A stretch of 64,000 bases of DNA from Felis catus (lineage: Eukaryota): positions 26,290,001 through 26,354,000 of the forward strand of contig NC_058383.1 in the NCBI RefSeq assembly GCF_018350175.1, in the 5' to 3' direction. The position numbers and the translations under genes were made by a program. Each line of letters opens with the position of its first letter. Position 1 is the first letter of the stretch. Positions 37,687 to 51,269 of the stretch are shown piece by piece. The notes under the pieces are model-generated. The model was not told the DNA's origin and ran no database searches. It was given only the letters and a program-made list of their open reading frames with translations.

Positions 37687-39082
37687 AAAGGCACGATCTT
37701 TATTGTCCAGGACCAACCCTTAGACGTTCAACTCTGGCTTCGGGGCGCTGTAGACGAGACTGTCTGACAGAGTGGGAATTTTGCCACCATGCTGGCTCTG
37801 CCCTTATTTTCGCAAGCAGTGGCGGCTCCCGGACTTCAGCCTCACTGATTCCAAGGTCCTGAGTCTTGGATGAATCGCAGTTGGGCGAACGTGCTAGGAG
37901 ATTCTAAATGCGGTCTCCTGCTGAGCAGCGCTGGGTGTCTGGGGGCAGGTGGAAAGGGCCAGCTGTCCAAGCCGGGCATACGGGTCTAAAGCATGGCTCA
38001 CTGGTTGGCTCTTGTGATGGTTGAAGGAGCCCGGTGGCCCACACAGACTGCCATTAGGATTATGTTTTATGGAGCCATTTGGGAAGGAGCAGACTCAGGT
38101 TAGAGTGCTCTTAAAAGTTATTGGGGCATAATTCTGAGTCGTGTAGGGGTGTAGCATCTTTTATTACAAAGCCAGATTTCCTACTGAGGAGAAGTGTTTG
38201 ATTTGCGCTCAGAAGAAGAAAATGTGTTTAGTCAAAAGTGATATTTGCACACTGGGATGCTGGATATTTATGTTTCTGAAAATTGCTTTCGCCTGAGATT
38301 TACTCTGACCAAAGGAACGCCTTTGAGATCTTCGTTGCCTAGTATTCAGGGTCTCGTGGCTTAGGAAGTGAAGTCTGTGCATATCGCCTTTGCCAGATAA
38401 GATTCAGAGACCCACATTTAGCAATAAATGTATTCTGGGTACTCCTGCATCCCAGCCCCCTGGGCTGGGTGCAATACTTACATTACCCTACCCGATGGAT
38501 AGTAATGGGACCTGCATTTCATAGATGAGGAGCCTGAGGCTCAGAGAGTTTGAGGAACTTACCTATGGTTGCACAGCTGGAATGGGGAATTGAACCTGAG
38601 ACTAACTCTAAGCCCACACCTATGACTGCATGATATAATCTATTTAGGAGACAGCCCTGGCCGATGACTTTGTAAGCTGACCTACCCCCATGTAACTCAA
38701 GTATGCGATAAGACTGTATCTCTCATAAGTATAACTGCATTTTTATATGAATGTGTACCTTGCTTCCTTCTACCTTTGGAGTTAACCCCTTAGAAGGAAT
38801 TCTACGTTTGCTTGGAGCCTGTTTAGGAAAGGCTTTAGAGACCAGGGGGCATGCTCATGGCTTTCCTCGGGAGCACCAAACTGATTGGATGTTTGAAAAT
38901 GTGTGTGAATAGAACAGTCTGATTTGGTGACCAAGATAGGTGTCGTTGTGGGAACTGCCTTTCTTTAAATTGAGGAATAGAAAAAAAAAATCGCGTGACT
39001 CTGAGGTAAAGAGATTTACTTTCTTGGATGGCCCTCAAAATGTCTGTTTTCATTAGGAATCTTCGTTAAAACTGAGAGAACC

Positions 39083-39562
39083 AGAGCGGCTGGATGGTTC
39101 AGTTGGTTAAGCGTCCAACTCTTTTTTTTTTTTTTTTTTAAATGTGTATTTATTTTTGAGAGACAAAGCACGAGTCAGGGAGGGGCAGAGAGAGAGGGAG
39201 ACAGAATCCAAAGCAGGCTCCAGGCTCTGGGCTGTCAGCATAGAGCCCGATGAGGGGCTCAAACTCATGAACCGTGAGATCATGAACTCAGGTGAAGTCG
39301 GACGCTTAACCAACTGAGCCACCCAGGTGCCCCCCACCTTTTTTTTTTTTTTTTTTTTTTTTAAGTAAGCATCCAGCTCTTGATTTTGGCTCAGGTCATG
39401 ATCTCTTTGTTCATGAGATCGAGTCCCACGTAAGGCTCTGCACTGACAGTGCGGACCCTGCTTAGTACTCTGACTCTCTCTCTCTCAATCTCTCTCTCTC
39501 TCTCTCCCTGCTCCCCCTGTCCCCCTCTCAAAATGAATAAATAAACCTTAAAAGAAAAAAAA
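39083..39562. mobile_element. Can-SINE (+) interrupted by an inverted Can-SINE (39124-39335, minus)
   Basis: TSD taagc(g/a)tcca(a/g)ctctt at 39108-39123 and 39366-39381. Confidence 0.87.
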
Positions 39563-42500
39563 GCTTACAGAACCCATCTCAAACTAGCTTTGGGCAGAGA
39601 GGAAGGTCTGTGGTAGTGTGGGCTCCCGGCACCCCTGGGTCTAGGAGGTAGGTTGTGCGCTGAGAATCTTTCTCAGCCATAATGTTCCTCACCTGTGCCT
39701 TCCTCCATTACCTTTCTCCCAGGAAGACCTTCCCTGTGCAGAAGCAAAAGCAGCCACAAGATGCCCCAGGCTAAGCTCCCACCAGCCAGGTCATACACAT
39801 GGGAGGAGACATCCTGTCTTCTAAAAGTTCCAGAAGTCCCAGGGAGGATTCTCAGGGGCCTGTCCTTCCCTGAGTCCTGCCCCTGTCCACCGGGTAGAAG
39901 AAGGCTTGTCACCACATCCACATTCCAGCCTGTCACTGCCACTCAGCAGCCTCACAGTGGGAGGGAGCGTGGTTTAGGAGAAGGAAGAGTGAATGTCTCT
40001 TCTTTAGCTGCTACCGTTCGAGTTCTTTCTTTGGTATTGTTGCCGTTTCCCTGGCTAACACACCAAAGAACCTTGGCAGTCAGGGGTTTAAGACCTGGCC
40101 CTGGTAGCAGGCAGATGTCACCTCTGGGAAGTTCCCGGAGTGGAGGGGGGCTGCCCTGGCCCTGGGAGTGTAGCCTTTGGCCTTTTGCTGTTGGGCTACC
40201 TTCACTGGAGGACCAGCTCTCAAAGATGGGTCCTGATCAGATGGCCCAATCCCACTGCCTTCTATGGGGCTCACTGGCCATGGGAAAGTCATCTGTGACC
40301 TGGCCTGGGCTTTCCTAGAAGCAGACCCCGAGACCAAGATTTGAGTGCAAGTATTTTATTTGGGGGTGCTGCTGAGAAAAACCAGAAGGGAAGTAGGGGA
40401 GTGAGACCCGTACAGGACGTGTTATCAGGCAGGTTACCACCATGGGGTGCAATTTTCCCAGGCACTCGGTGCAGGGGCGAGGGCGCCAGGGCGTTTATTC
40501 ACCAGCTCCCTAAGGCAGTCATAAGTTGAGGGCTGCTTCAGGAACCCTTAATTCCCTGGGTTCCTCCAGCCTGCTTCGTGGACATGAAGAGAGAGGACTG
40601 CGGTGGCCAGCGAGACTCCTGGCTGGAAAGATACAGTGCTGGCAGCAGGGAGCTCGGCGGTCTGGGAGCTGGGGTGACACCTTCTGCGTCCCCACGCTTA
40701 CTCTTGCCACCTCGAGGGCTCCGAATGCAGGATCTTCCCTGCTGTCCCTTTCTCTGCTTGCCGCTTCTCTCCATTTCTCCTTTCCTCTCGTCAGGATGGT
40801 GACAAACAGACGAGCAAGACCCCTGGCTAACCAGACGCCCCTAGAGAAGAAGGCACCAGTGTCCCCTTCCTGTAAGGGCGTGAGTCACTTTGCACATGAC
40901 TTGCTTGGCAGCCATCTCTCCTGGCTTTGGGGTGGATGGGCAGGGACAGCCCTCAGCTTTCCCCACTCAGCCAGTGTCAACTTTTTTGCTTACAGAGGCC
41001 GGGAATGGGGGTGGGCTTGAGTCCTGCGAGCAGTACTCCTCTGCCTCTTGAAGATCCCAGAGGGAGGTGCTGGGACCCACTGTTGCTGGCTCCTTAGTCC
41101 CTGTGTCTTGTCCCCAGCTTTGGGCCCAGGAGGCCAAAGGAAAGGTTCCCTTCTGCATCCTGTCAATGTACGGCTAAAGGCTTGGCCAGACTTTCCATAA
41201 TATCAGCTTCTCCTATTACTTATTCTTGGTATTTGGGGCACACAGAAAGAACTTGGTAGATGTTTTTTGAACTGAATAAATATTGTTGTGTAAAGAGCAT
41301 TAGCTTTAGAGTTAGACTGACCTGGTCAATATCCCGGCTTTACCCTTTACCAGCTGCATGAACGTGAGTCCAACTCCTCACCTGTAAATGAGGGATAATA
41401 ATGCAGTGCTTACGGCATAGGGGACTTGGAGCAGATAATAAATACAGAGAGCTGACTGTGACATAGTACTCACTGTATGACAGGCATGGTGCTAAGCGTT
41501 TCTATTGTATTAACTATTGTTATCATCCCATTTTATAGATGGGGAAAACTGAGGCATGCATTAAGTAACATGCCCAAGTCCACAGAACTGGGATTTGCAC
41601 CCAGGCTGTCCAGCTCCAGAGGCTGTGCTGTTAGCCACTCTACTCCACTACATTACATCTTGATAAACCAAGATCAGGCAGGCAAAGCACCTGGCATATA
41701 ATATACACTGAGTAAGTATTGACTGGGAGCTCGTGCACTGGGAAGGAGGAGGGAGGAAGCCAAAAAGAGAAAGAAGAGGTTGGGAAGCAAGTAAGATCCA
41801 GGCCATGAGGAATTGGCCATAGGGTCCAGTTTGTGTTTCAGCATATACTTTGGTCTTACCATGTGTCAGGCAGACAGAGATCAAAAGAATTTAGGACATT
41901 TTTTAAAAGGAAAAATGGTTGATGATTTGAGGTATCCAGAGTTGTGTAGCTTGGGCCAAGTTCCTGGAAACTGCCTGGAGTGATACACGGCCCCGGCCTC
42001 TCCCGACTGCATATTGTATTTTGAGATCACTCACCACCTGATACCATAACCGGCGAGGCCCTCGACAAGGCAAATGTCAGGTTTTTAATGAGCATCCCTC
42101 TTTAAGCTGCTGTCAGCCTTGACCCTCTCAGTCGGATCCTGGCCTCTGTGTGTGTTAAAAGGGTTTCCCGCCCAGGTTTTGGTGAACAGCAGTGTTTTGG
42201 CAACACTGTGCAGCCAGGGCCGGCCCGAGCAGAGCCTTAGAAGGGAACATTAACTAGAAGTTTCTTTTCATGTAGTCCTTCCTGTTTTTCTCCTCCTAGA
42301 AAAGAAGTAGAGTTTGCATTTCTGATCTCAACATGAGTTTTTGATTCCTAGTTATAATGTGAACTAGAAGGGGAACCGGTAATGCCTTGCACCAAGCCTG
42401 TTTTCTAGATGAGAAGACTGTACCACAGAGTGGTTGAGTGACTTGTCCAAGGTCACACAGCTTTCAGTGACAGCTTTCAGAGACTAGTCAGTTGCCTGAC

Positions 42501-43204
42501 TTTTAGGTGGGACTGCTGTGCCACACTCCTTCACCCTATAAGGGAAGGGGTCTGTGGTGACTAAGAGCATAGGCCCTGGAATATACAGACCTGGGTTCAA
42601 GTCCTGGTTTTTATATCCTCTAGAAGTGTGGTCCTGGGAGAGTTATCTTATCATGTATAAGCCTCAGTTTCTTTGTCTATAAAATGGGGATGATATGGTG
42701 TGCTGGAGCTAGCTTACACTGGCTCACAGAGCTCATTTTAAATTGTCAGGAATTTCGCAAGCCGAAGGACTTCACATTGAGGTCAGCCCTTGTGTATGAA
42801 ATTGACAAATACTCCAAATCAGAGCCTTTTCCCCTCCTGGAGGGTTAAATATCCACATACCACTAATCACAGTGGTACTTATTTCAGGGTGTGTTTGTGG
42901 GCCACAAGAGGGCCCCTTGAGGCTCAAAGCACAGGACACGATGTATGTATACAGTGGTGCCATATAAAGAGTACAGCCCAGCCATCCCACAGATCCTCAG
43001 GCCAGAGTCAGCCCAGCCACTCCCAGTGAGGTGACCTGGGGCAGTTACTGATTGTCCTGAAAATAATGGTGATCTCTGACTCTTCCTGAGTCTTCCCAGT
43101 GGCCAGGGATTATATTGTTTTAGGGCTTTCCATGTAAATTTGAAAATCACCCAGGAACTATCATTATCCCTACTTTTCATGAAAAAAAAAAAAAATGAGG
43201 CACA

Positions 43205-43350
43205 GGGGTGCCTGGCTTGCTCAGCTGGTGGAGCATGGGACTCTTGATGTCGGGGTTGTGAGTTTGAACCCCATGTTGGGGGCAGACATTACTTTAAAAA
43301 AAAATCTTAAAAATAGGTAAATAAAGAAAATAATGTTAAAAAATTAAAAA
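43205..43350 (+). mobile_element. Short older Can-SINE inside a MIR
   Basis: ggggtgcctggcttgctcagctggtggagc; TSD aaaaa(t/c)g(g)aggcacag. Confidence 0.75.
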
Positions 43351-45184
43351 ACGGAGGCACAGAAAGTCTGAAGTAACTTACCCAAGGCCATGCAGTTAGT
43401 GAATGGAGGAGTCTGCATTCGAAGTCTGGCATCTGCTCTTGGCCTCCACCCTCCCTCTTTCTCTGGAGGTCAGCTTCCTTCTATTTTCTGTGGAAAATGG
43501 CAGGAAAAGCAAATGCGACCTCAAGAGTTGCAGTGAGGGTGGCATCTGATAATGCCTGTGGCGTTCGCACGGGCCCAGCCCATTGCAAGGCTTCTGTTGA
43601 TGTGCACTCACTGCTGGTAAGCCCCAAGTAAATGTTGCTGGCAATCACTACCATGGGATTGTGCTAAAGTCTTCTTAGCTAAGGAACGGTGACTCAGTTT
43701 GACCAAGGAAATTAAAGCAACATGAGCCAGCAAGTGATTTGTCAACCCCGGGAGGGGTCGAGGCGGTAAAGCTGGAGCTCTTAAGTGCCTGGCGCGTGGG
43801 TGGCCCCGGTGTCTCGTGGTAAGCTTCAGAGGCAATGCTGGGGCTCTGCTCAGAGAGGCAGAGGTTGAAGATTTTGGTGGACTGTCACCACTGACTGAGC
43901 CTGTACCAGTCGCAGGTTCTGGGGCTACAGGCAAGAGTGAGACCTGGTCCCTTCCCTCAAGACTTGTCACTCGAACAAATAGTGAGCATCTGTCAATACG
44001 TCCTATTTCCTGACACCGTCCAAAGGAAGCACTTTCCAACGTGACCCCGCCGAATCATACAAGCCTTGAGGGACAGCGATCATCCCCGCTTGACACCTGA
44101 GGAAACTGAGACTCCAGGCAATGAATGACTTTCCTCAGAAGTTCATGGAATAAATGGCGGAGCCAGGACTCGACCTTAGGTGACTCTGGAGCTCAGTACA
44201 TCTTCATTTCCTGCAGCGGCCAAACAAGTCATGGCCATCAGTGACTAGGATGCAAAGTGAAAGAGTGGGACTGAGAGAAGGGCCTTCGGTTCAAGCAGCC
44301 GCAGAACTGACTCTGGCCAGCTTGAGGGAAATGATACGTAAAATGATAACGGATTCGCTTGCTAACTGCTGGGCTCTCAGTTCTTCCCATATATTAACCC
44401 ACTCAATTCTTTCTTGAGCTCTACATGACAGGTGTTCCTACTGCCCCGTTGTGCAGAGACAAACACGAAGGCTGAGGAGTTGGAGAACCCGGTAAATGGT
44501 GGAGCTGGCATTCACCAGCTCTGGGAGAAAACGAGGGTAGTACAGAAAGGGCAGTGGGACAGGGCATAGAAGCAAAGGAGGAATTGAACCGCGAGGCACC
44601 TGGGAAGCTCTGGGACCTTCTTGAGCACAGCTCCACAGACTTCTCCCGTGGGGTCCAGTGCCCAAGGTCAGCCCCACCCAAACCACAGCCAGAGTGCTTC
44701 TGATACCAGAATAAGCGGCGAAAGATGCCGAGTGGACAGAAACATTTGCTGCCTATAGCCACCCCCCCCCCAAACTGAGGCTGAGAGAAAGTGCGATTTT
44801 TTTAATAACTGGGCTTTTGAGGGCAGCTGACGTAAGAGAGCAAAGTAGCTACAGGAATGCCTGTGCTTTTCTTGTTTTTTTCTAAAATTGATCCCTAGGT
44901 GTATTAGACTCTTGCCATGTGCCAGGCCCTGGACTAGGTAAGAGGGTGGGCTTTGAAGTCTGACAGACCTAAGTTCAAATCCTGACTTGACTACATATAC
45001 CTTCGTCCATTCAGTAAATATTTACTGAGCTCTCAGGCAGAGCACTCATGTTATGGGGATACCCAGGCAGGGGATACTCATTGTGTGACCTTGGGAAAAT
45101 TACTTGCCTTCTCTGAGCCTCAGTTGTCAGTGGGGGACAGTGGGGTAAAAGCCAAAGAGCACAGTTGTCAAGAATGTACAATCT

Positions 45185-45402
45185 GGGGCGCCTGGGTGGC
45201 TCAGTCGGTTAAGCGTCAGACTTCGGCTCAGGTCATGATCTTGCGGTCTGTGAGTTCAAACCCAACCCGCGTTGGGCCCTGTGCTGACAGCTCAGAGCTT
45301 GGAGCCTGCTTCAGATTCTGTGTCTCCCTCTCTCTCTACGCTCGCCTGCTCACACTCTGTCTCTCTCTCCCTCTCTCCAAAAAAAAAAAGAAAAAGAAAA
45401 AA
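45185..45402 (+). mobile_element. Can-SINE
   Basis: Typical head and tail; TSD acaatctgg. Confidence 0.9.
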
Positions 45403-45409
45403 GGCACAA

Positions 45410-46245
45410 TCTGGAATTAGCCTCCTTAGACTCATACCCTATAAGCCGTTTTTACTCATAACACTTCTGACACTAAATGTATGGAGTGTTTTATTCACAC
45501 CAACACATTCCCCGTTTGTCCAGACACCAACGGAGTATCCTACAACTTAGTTCAGTTCTGACACTCACTGCCTGGCATTTGTTCAGATCCCACAGTTTAA
45601 GGGCTCAGTCTCACCAGACCGCCCCCATCACAGATGCCAATTGCAAGTCCCAGGTGTCCCCATACTTCTCACTGACCCAGCTATAAACTAGGGGTTCTTC
45701 TGACCTCTGCCTCAGCTTCCATAATTTGCTAGGATTGCTCGCAAAACTCAGGAAGACACTTTACTATTTGTTTATTTTAAAGGATATAAACTCAGGAGCA
45801 GCTAAACAAAAGTGATGCATAAGGCAAGGTATTGGGTGGAGAGGGGCACGGAGCCTCTGTTTCCTGTCGGGGTCCACCATCCTCCCAGCACCTCGATGTG
45901 CTAACTCTAAACCCTGTTATTTAGGAAAGTTTTTTTGTTTGTTTTTTGTTTGTTTTTTTTTAGTGGAAGTTTAATAACATAAGCATGACTGATTACATCA
46001 CTGGCCATTGGCGATTGAACTCAGCCTCCACCCCCGCCCCTCCCCAGAGTTCCAACCCTCTCATTGTGCTTTGGTCTCTCTAGCAACCAGCCTTCTTCCT
46101 GAAACTATGTAGGGAACCCCAGTCCTTAGTCATCTCATTAGCATACACAAGCCCTTCTTATCTCCCCAGAGATTCCAAGGGTATTAGAAGCTGTATGCCA
46201 GAAACAGGGGACAAAAATCCAAATATGTATCTCTTATTAGATCAC
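45410..46245. mobile_element. MER21-like ERVL solo LTR
   Basis: cacttctgacactaaatgt...cagatcccacagtttaagggctcagtc...cagatgccaattgcaagtcccagg...gtcatctcattagcatac. Confidence 0.75.
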
Positions 46246-46781
46246 ACACTGGCTCTGCCCCCTGCTCACTGTGTGATGTCAGGCGCATGCCTTGACAATC
46301 CATTGTCTCCCTTTACTCATATGTGCAGTGGGGATATTAGTAGTCCCTCTCCCAGAGGGCTGTAGTGACAATCAAATGGGAGACTAAAGGAAAGCATTCA
46401 GAATTCTGTGCCTGGCACAAAGTTGCCAAGAAACACTGTATAATGTAAGAAGAAAAGGTGACCAGGAGTTGAATTCTGGGGAAGGCTGTACTTAAGGGCC
46501 AAGGAAAAGGAATGAGAACAGTGAAGACCAAAAAATGGAAGCTAGGAGTAAGAGGAAAACCAGGAGGGACCCCAGTGATGCCAGCAACAGAGGAATTTAA
46601 AAAAGAGCTATCCTCTACTAGAATGTCATGGGGTATATATTTTGTCCCCCGTTTTCCCAGGAGGATAGGGAATGGGGCCCAGAGAGGTTCAGCAGCATGT
46701 CCAAGGCCACACAGTCAGGACCTGCTAGAGCTGGCATTGGAAGGTAGCTCTGTGACCTGATTCCTTTGCTTAATTTATCAC

Positions 46782-47095
46782 CGTGTTAGTTTCCTGGAGC
46801 CACCATCAAAAGTTCCACAGATTCGGTGGCTTAACACCACAGGAATTTATTCTCTCTCAGTCCTGGAGTCTGGGAGTCCAAAATTAAGGTGTTGGCAGGG
46901 GTTCCTTTCTGGAGGGGCTGAGGGAGATTCTGTCCCATGCCTTTGTCCTAACTTCTGGTGGCAGGCAGTCCTTGGCGTTCCTTGGCTTACAGATGTAGCA
47001 CCTGGATCTCTTGTCTGTCATCACGTGGTGTTCTTCTCTGACCACATCTGTCTTATAAGGACACCAATTATGTTTGATTTAGGGCCCACACCACT
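46782..47095. mobile_element. MLT1 (MaLR) LTR
   Basis: ggtggcttaacaccacaggaatttattctctc...cttataaggacacc...gatttagggccca. Confidence 0.75.
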
Positions 47096-47899
47096 CTCAG
47101 GAACTGCATTACAGGGACCTTGACTGTCTTGCTCACTTCTGGGTCCTTGGTGTCAGGATAGTCAGGATAATCATTGAGTGTCTCCTGTATGCTAGCCCTG
47201 TGCCCTACATGTGGTAGATAGTCTATAAGTAACTATTGACAGGATGCTCGGGCTGGATCTGAAGTTGGGTAGGTGTTGGGGAGACACAGAGAAGCAGAGG
47301 GGGACTTCCTACCCAAAAATGGGATGAGCAGATGGAAGAAGGGTCTGGGGCTGGGCCCTCTTGGCTCAAAAGCTCTCCCTTAGCTGGTAGAACTTCTCCC
47401 GTCCACTTGCCCCTTAGTGCCCTGGCCTTTCCTGGGTGCTGCTCCTTCTACTTGAGGGAGACTCTCCCTTAACATAATTGTGTCCACTGTTAGTCCTTTG
47501 TTATGGATACTGGGTAGCTGGAGACAAGGCTTCGTGCTGTCACTTCAGGTTTGGGTTGATAGTGCCGCATGTTGTGGAGTGATCTCTGTTAGACCAGCCA
47601 TCTTTGCTGTAAGATGTTCTCTGGGAGTTCAATTTATGATAGAGTCAAGATCTCACTCTTTTTGAGATGCTTGAGTAGGTCTGAAGTATGTGGACTGAGT
47701 TTAGATGGCCATTGAGTGCTGTACAGAAACTCTCCATATCCAAAGATTGAGCTTCTCTCCTATCTTCCCTGGAAAGTTTAGCTTCATTTGCAGGATATAA
47801 ACAAACGTTTCTGTCCGTCAGCATTTATCAAGAGTCTGTTCTGTACCTGGAGGGATGGACAGAGTAATATAAAATTACGAAGTCATTGTCTCATGGGGC

Positions 47900-48860
47900 A
47901 GAAAGACAGGAGAAAAAAAGATGGTCACTACCTCAAAAATGAAAACAGAGCCTTACCTCACACCATATACCAAAATCAAGTCCAGATAGTCCAAGGATTT
48001 ATGTTTGAAAGGCCAAACTTTTAGAAGGCAAAACAAGCAAACAAACGAAAGAAAAAAGAAAAAGAGAATATCTTTACAACCTTAGCATAACAAAGCATAT
48101 CTAAAAAAGTCATAAAGTGCAAACCATAGAAGAAAAAGATGGGTGTATTCTACCATATTAAAATTATGCACTCTGCTCATCAGAAAATACAGTAAAAAAA
48201 ATTTTTTTTAACGAAAGCCACAAACTGGGAAGATACGTTTGTTATACACGTATATTCGTTTACTGGGGCTGTTGTAACAAAGTACTAAAAACCGAGTGGC
48301 TTAAACAACAGAAATTTACTGTTTTGGGGGCCAGTAGCATAATATCCAGGTGTCTGCAGGGTCATGCTCCCTCTGAAGGTTTTAGGAAGGATCTTTTCTA
48401 AGCATTATAACTTAGTTCCACATGGTACCGTCTCTAATATGCATATCTGTGTCCAGATTTGTCCTTTTTATAAAAACAATGGTCATATTGGATTAGAGGT
48501 CCACCCTACTCCCATATGACTTCATCTTAACTAATTACATCTGTAAGGACCCTATTCCTAAATAAGGTCACATTCTGAGATCCTAGGGGTTGGGACTTAA
48601 ACATGAATTTGAGTGGGTGGGGGAGAGACACAATTCAATCCATAACAACACATAACAGGTGGGTAGTTGAGTATCCATAATATTTAAAGGCCTTTTGTAA
48701 ATTAATAAGAGAAAGACAAATACCCAATAGAAAATAGGCACAAAGAAATAAGCAGAGTCTTTTAAAAGTATAAACAGCCAATGAACGTGAAAGCAGCCAG
48801 GGAAATACAAAGTAAATCCAAAATAAGATACCCAGTGGACAGGAATACTTAGAATGGCTG
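47900..48860 (+). mobile_element. Degenerate L1 ORF2 fragment interrupted by an MLT1A-like LTR (~48250-48650)
   Basis: ccttacctcacaccatataccaaaatcaa; MLT1 ctaaataaggtcacattctgag. Confidence 0.7.
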
Positions 48861-49332
48861 ACAGGAACAGGTAGACACATTCCGGTGGGAAAAGTATGTT
48901 GTCAGGCAGCCATGGGCATATAGCAGGGCATTGAACTCACCCAGAAAGACTGTCAACATTTTCATGCAAAAGAGGAAATGCAGTTAAATCAATATATGAT
49001 TTGATATTCAATCAAAGAAATACAAACAAAAAAATACTTCAGCAGCCCCACAGATCCCATACCCATGTGTTAAAATGTTAATGTTCGGTGCTGGTGACTT
49101 TGTGGGGAGATTTCTATCCTGCTGGTTGCCATGAAGTTATTTTAGCCCTTTGGGCTGGTCTGGCAGTTGATATTGAGCAGCATAAAAATATTTGGATGTT
49201 TTTTATATATCTTGATATATTCTTTGACCCAGTAACACCACTGATGGGTTTTATTGGAAGGATGTAATCTGAAAGAAGAAAAATACCAAAGTGCTCAATT
49301 TTAGGTCATTAAAAATAACCTAAGTGCGTAGC

Positions 49333-50110
49333 AGGGTGCCTGTGTGGCTCAGTGAGTTGAGTATCTGACTCTTGATTTTGGCTCTGCTCATGATCCCAGG
49401 GTCGTGGGATGGAACCCCACAATGGGCTCCATGCTGAGTGTAGAGCCTACTTGAGATTCTCTCTCTCTCCTCCCCCTCTGCCCCTCTCCTCTGCTTGTGC
49501 TCTCTCAAATTAAAAAAAAAAAAAAATTGGGGCGCCTGGGTGGCTCAGTCCGTTAAGCATCCAACTTTAGCTCAGGTCATGATCTCGCAGTCTGTGAGTT
49601 TGGGTGCCAGGTTGGGCCCTGTGCTGACAGCTCGGAGCCTGGAGCCTGCTTCGGATTCTGTCTCCCTCTCTCTCTGCCCCTCTTCCACTCATGCTCTGTC
49701 TCTCTCACTCTCAAAAATGAATAAATGTTAAAAAAAATTAAAAAAAAAATAACCTAAGTACCTAGCGATAGGAAAATGGTTAAAATAAGTTACAGTATTT
49801 CAGCCTAATGGAATATTCTGCATAGACATTAAAAATTAAACTTAAGGGTCTCAGTCAGGTTAGCATCTGCCTTCAGCTCAGCTCATGGTCTCAGGGTTCA
49901 TGAGTTCGAGCCCCACATCGGGTGAGCTCGAGCCCCGCTTCAGAATTCTCTCTCTCTCCCTCTCTCTCAAAAATAAATGAAAAATAAGTAAGTAAATAAA
50001 TAATAATAAATAACTAATTAAAAATGAAGCTTTGTGGGTGCCTGGCTGGCTTGGTCAGTAGAACATGTGACTCTTGATCTTGGGGTCATGAGTTCAAGCC
50101 ACACACTTGG
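49333..50110 (+). mobile_element. Four same-orientation Can-SINEs or fragments
   Basis: 49333-49527, 49529-49750, ~49846-50020, ~50036-50110. Confidence 0.85.
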
Positions 50111-51269
50111 GATGGGGGGGGGCAGCAGTGGAGAAAAGGAAAGATTTGATGAAACGTGTAAAGTGCTGGGATTATCGTTGGATTTCGCTTTTTAAAAAAT
50201 CCATTCCTATTTTAATTGTTTACACAGTAAATTAAGAGACAAAGGGTTTCTCCCAACACATGAGAACAAAGTCAGGGAAACACAGAGCAGGCTTCTTCGG
50301 GCCTCGTTAAAAGTTGTGTGCATACCTCTGAAACCCTCTGCTCGGTGAGCAAGGGCCAGAGCCAGAGCACCATTTAGAAGCACTTAAAAGGACGAGTCTC
50401 AGGAGGAGAGCCAGGCTGTTGTTTTCCCCAGAAAGTGTCTTTTGTCCCAAATGGTTTTCTTTGATTTCCTTTTTATTGATTAGAATTTAGCTGTTTTCAA
50501 AGGCTGCAGGGAGAGCGAATTTTTGTCTGGGTAGAGAACGGAGCAGCATTTGTACAAGCCGGCTGCTGGGGGGTTGCGGAGAGGATGGCTTCTGGATTCT
50601 TTTGAGTAATTTACAGATGGTCTATTTCCATCCTCCCAAGCCCACCCCACGTGGCTCAACCAAATTCAGCTCATCGGACTCTTAAAAAAGGAAACCAGGC
50701 CTGTTTATTTGTGACATTGCGTTAAAATGAGAAAAGGTAGAAATGGCACCTGTCCCCTGGCTTTTGTCTGCCAACTCCGCTTCACTTCTCTTGAGGTCGG
50801 GGGGCAGGCAACAGACACGGGGCCCCCTCTCTGGACCGTGATGTAATGGTAGCAGGCCTCCACGTCAGGGCTGCATAGCTCGTTCTCATGGTCTTCTGGA
50901 TTGAAGTTCCACCGTGTGTTGTGAATGTAGTTGTGGATAATGGATGGATAATGTCCTTGCCTCCATGGAGAACCAGAAAATATCAGATAAGGACAAAGTG
51001 CCTTTATCAGAAATAAAGTAGGTGCTGAAAACAAGCAATTGAGAGGGAGGGAGGCTCGGGGACTATTTTCAGCTGGGTGGTCTTGGAAAGCGTGGTTGAG
51101 GTGGTGATGTTTGAGTTGATGTTCCCAAGCTGAGGCAATAGCAGGTGCAAAGACCCTGCGGCAGGAATGGTCTTGTTTTCAAGGAATAGAAAGAAGGCAG
51201 ATGGGCTGGCGGGTGAGGTCTGAGGTGTAGGCTGGGGTCAAATTATTTAGATCCTGGCAGAGCATTGGT

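Noticed and set aside
37783..37848. Perfect GCCACCATG with a 19-codon ORF (MLALPLFSQAVAAPGLQPH)
   Set aside because: About one such 9-mer is expected by chance in a window this size; intronic, with no supporting exon or promoter structure
39695..41020. 207-aa and 164-aa ORFs in intron 5
   Set aside because: No recognisable domains; overlap LTR-like remnants; non-ATG starts
50705..51034. Minus-strand ORF with protein-like composition (IHNTRWNFNPEDHENELCSPDVEACYH)
   Set aside because: No family recognised and no clear splice or retrocopy hallmarks; a BLASTX hit would be needed to revisit it
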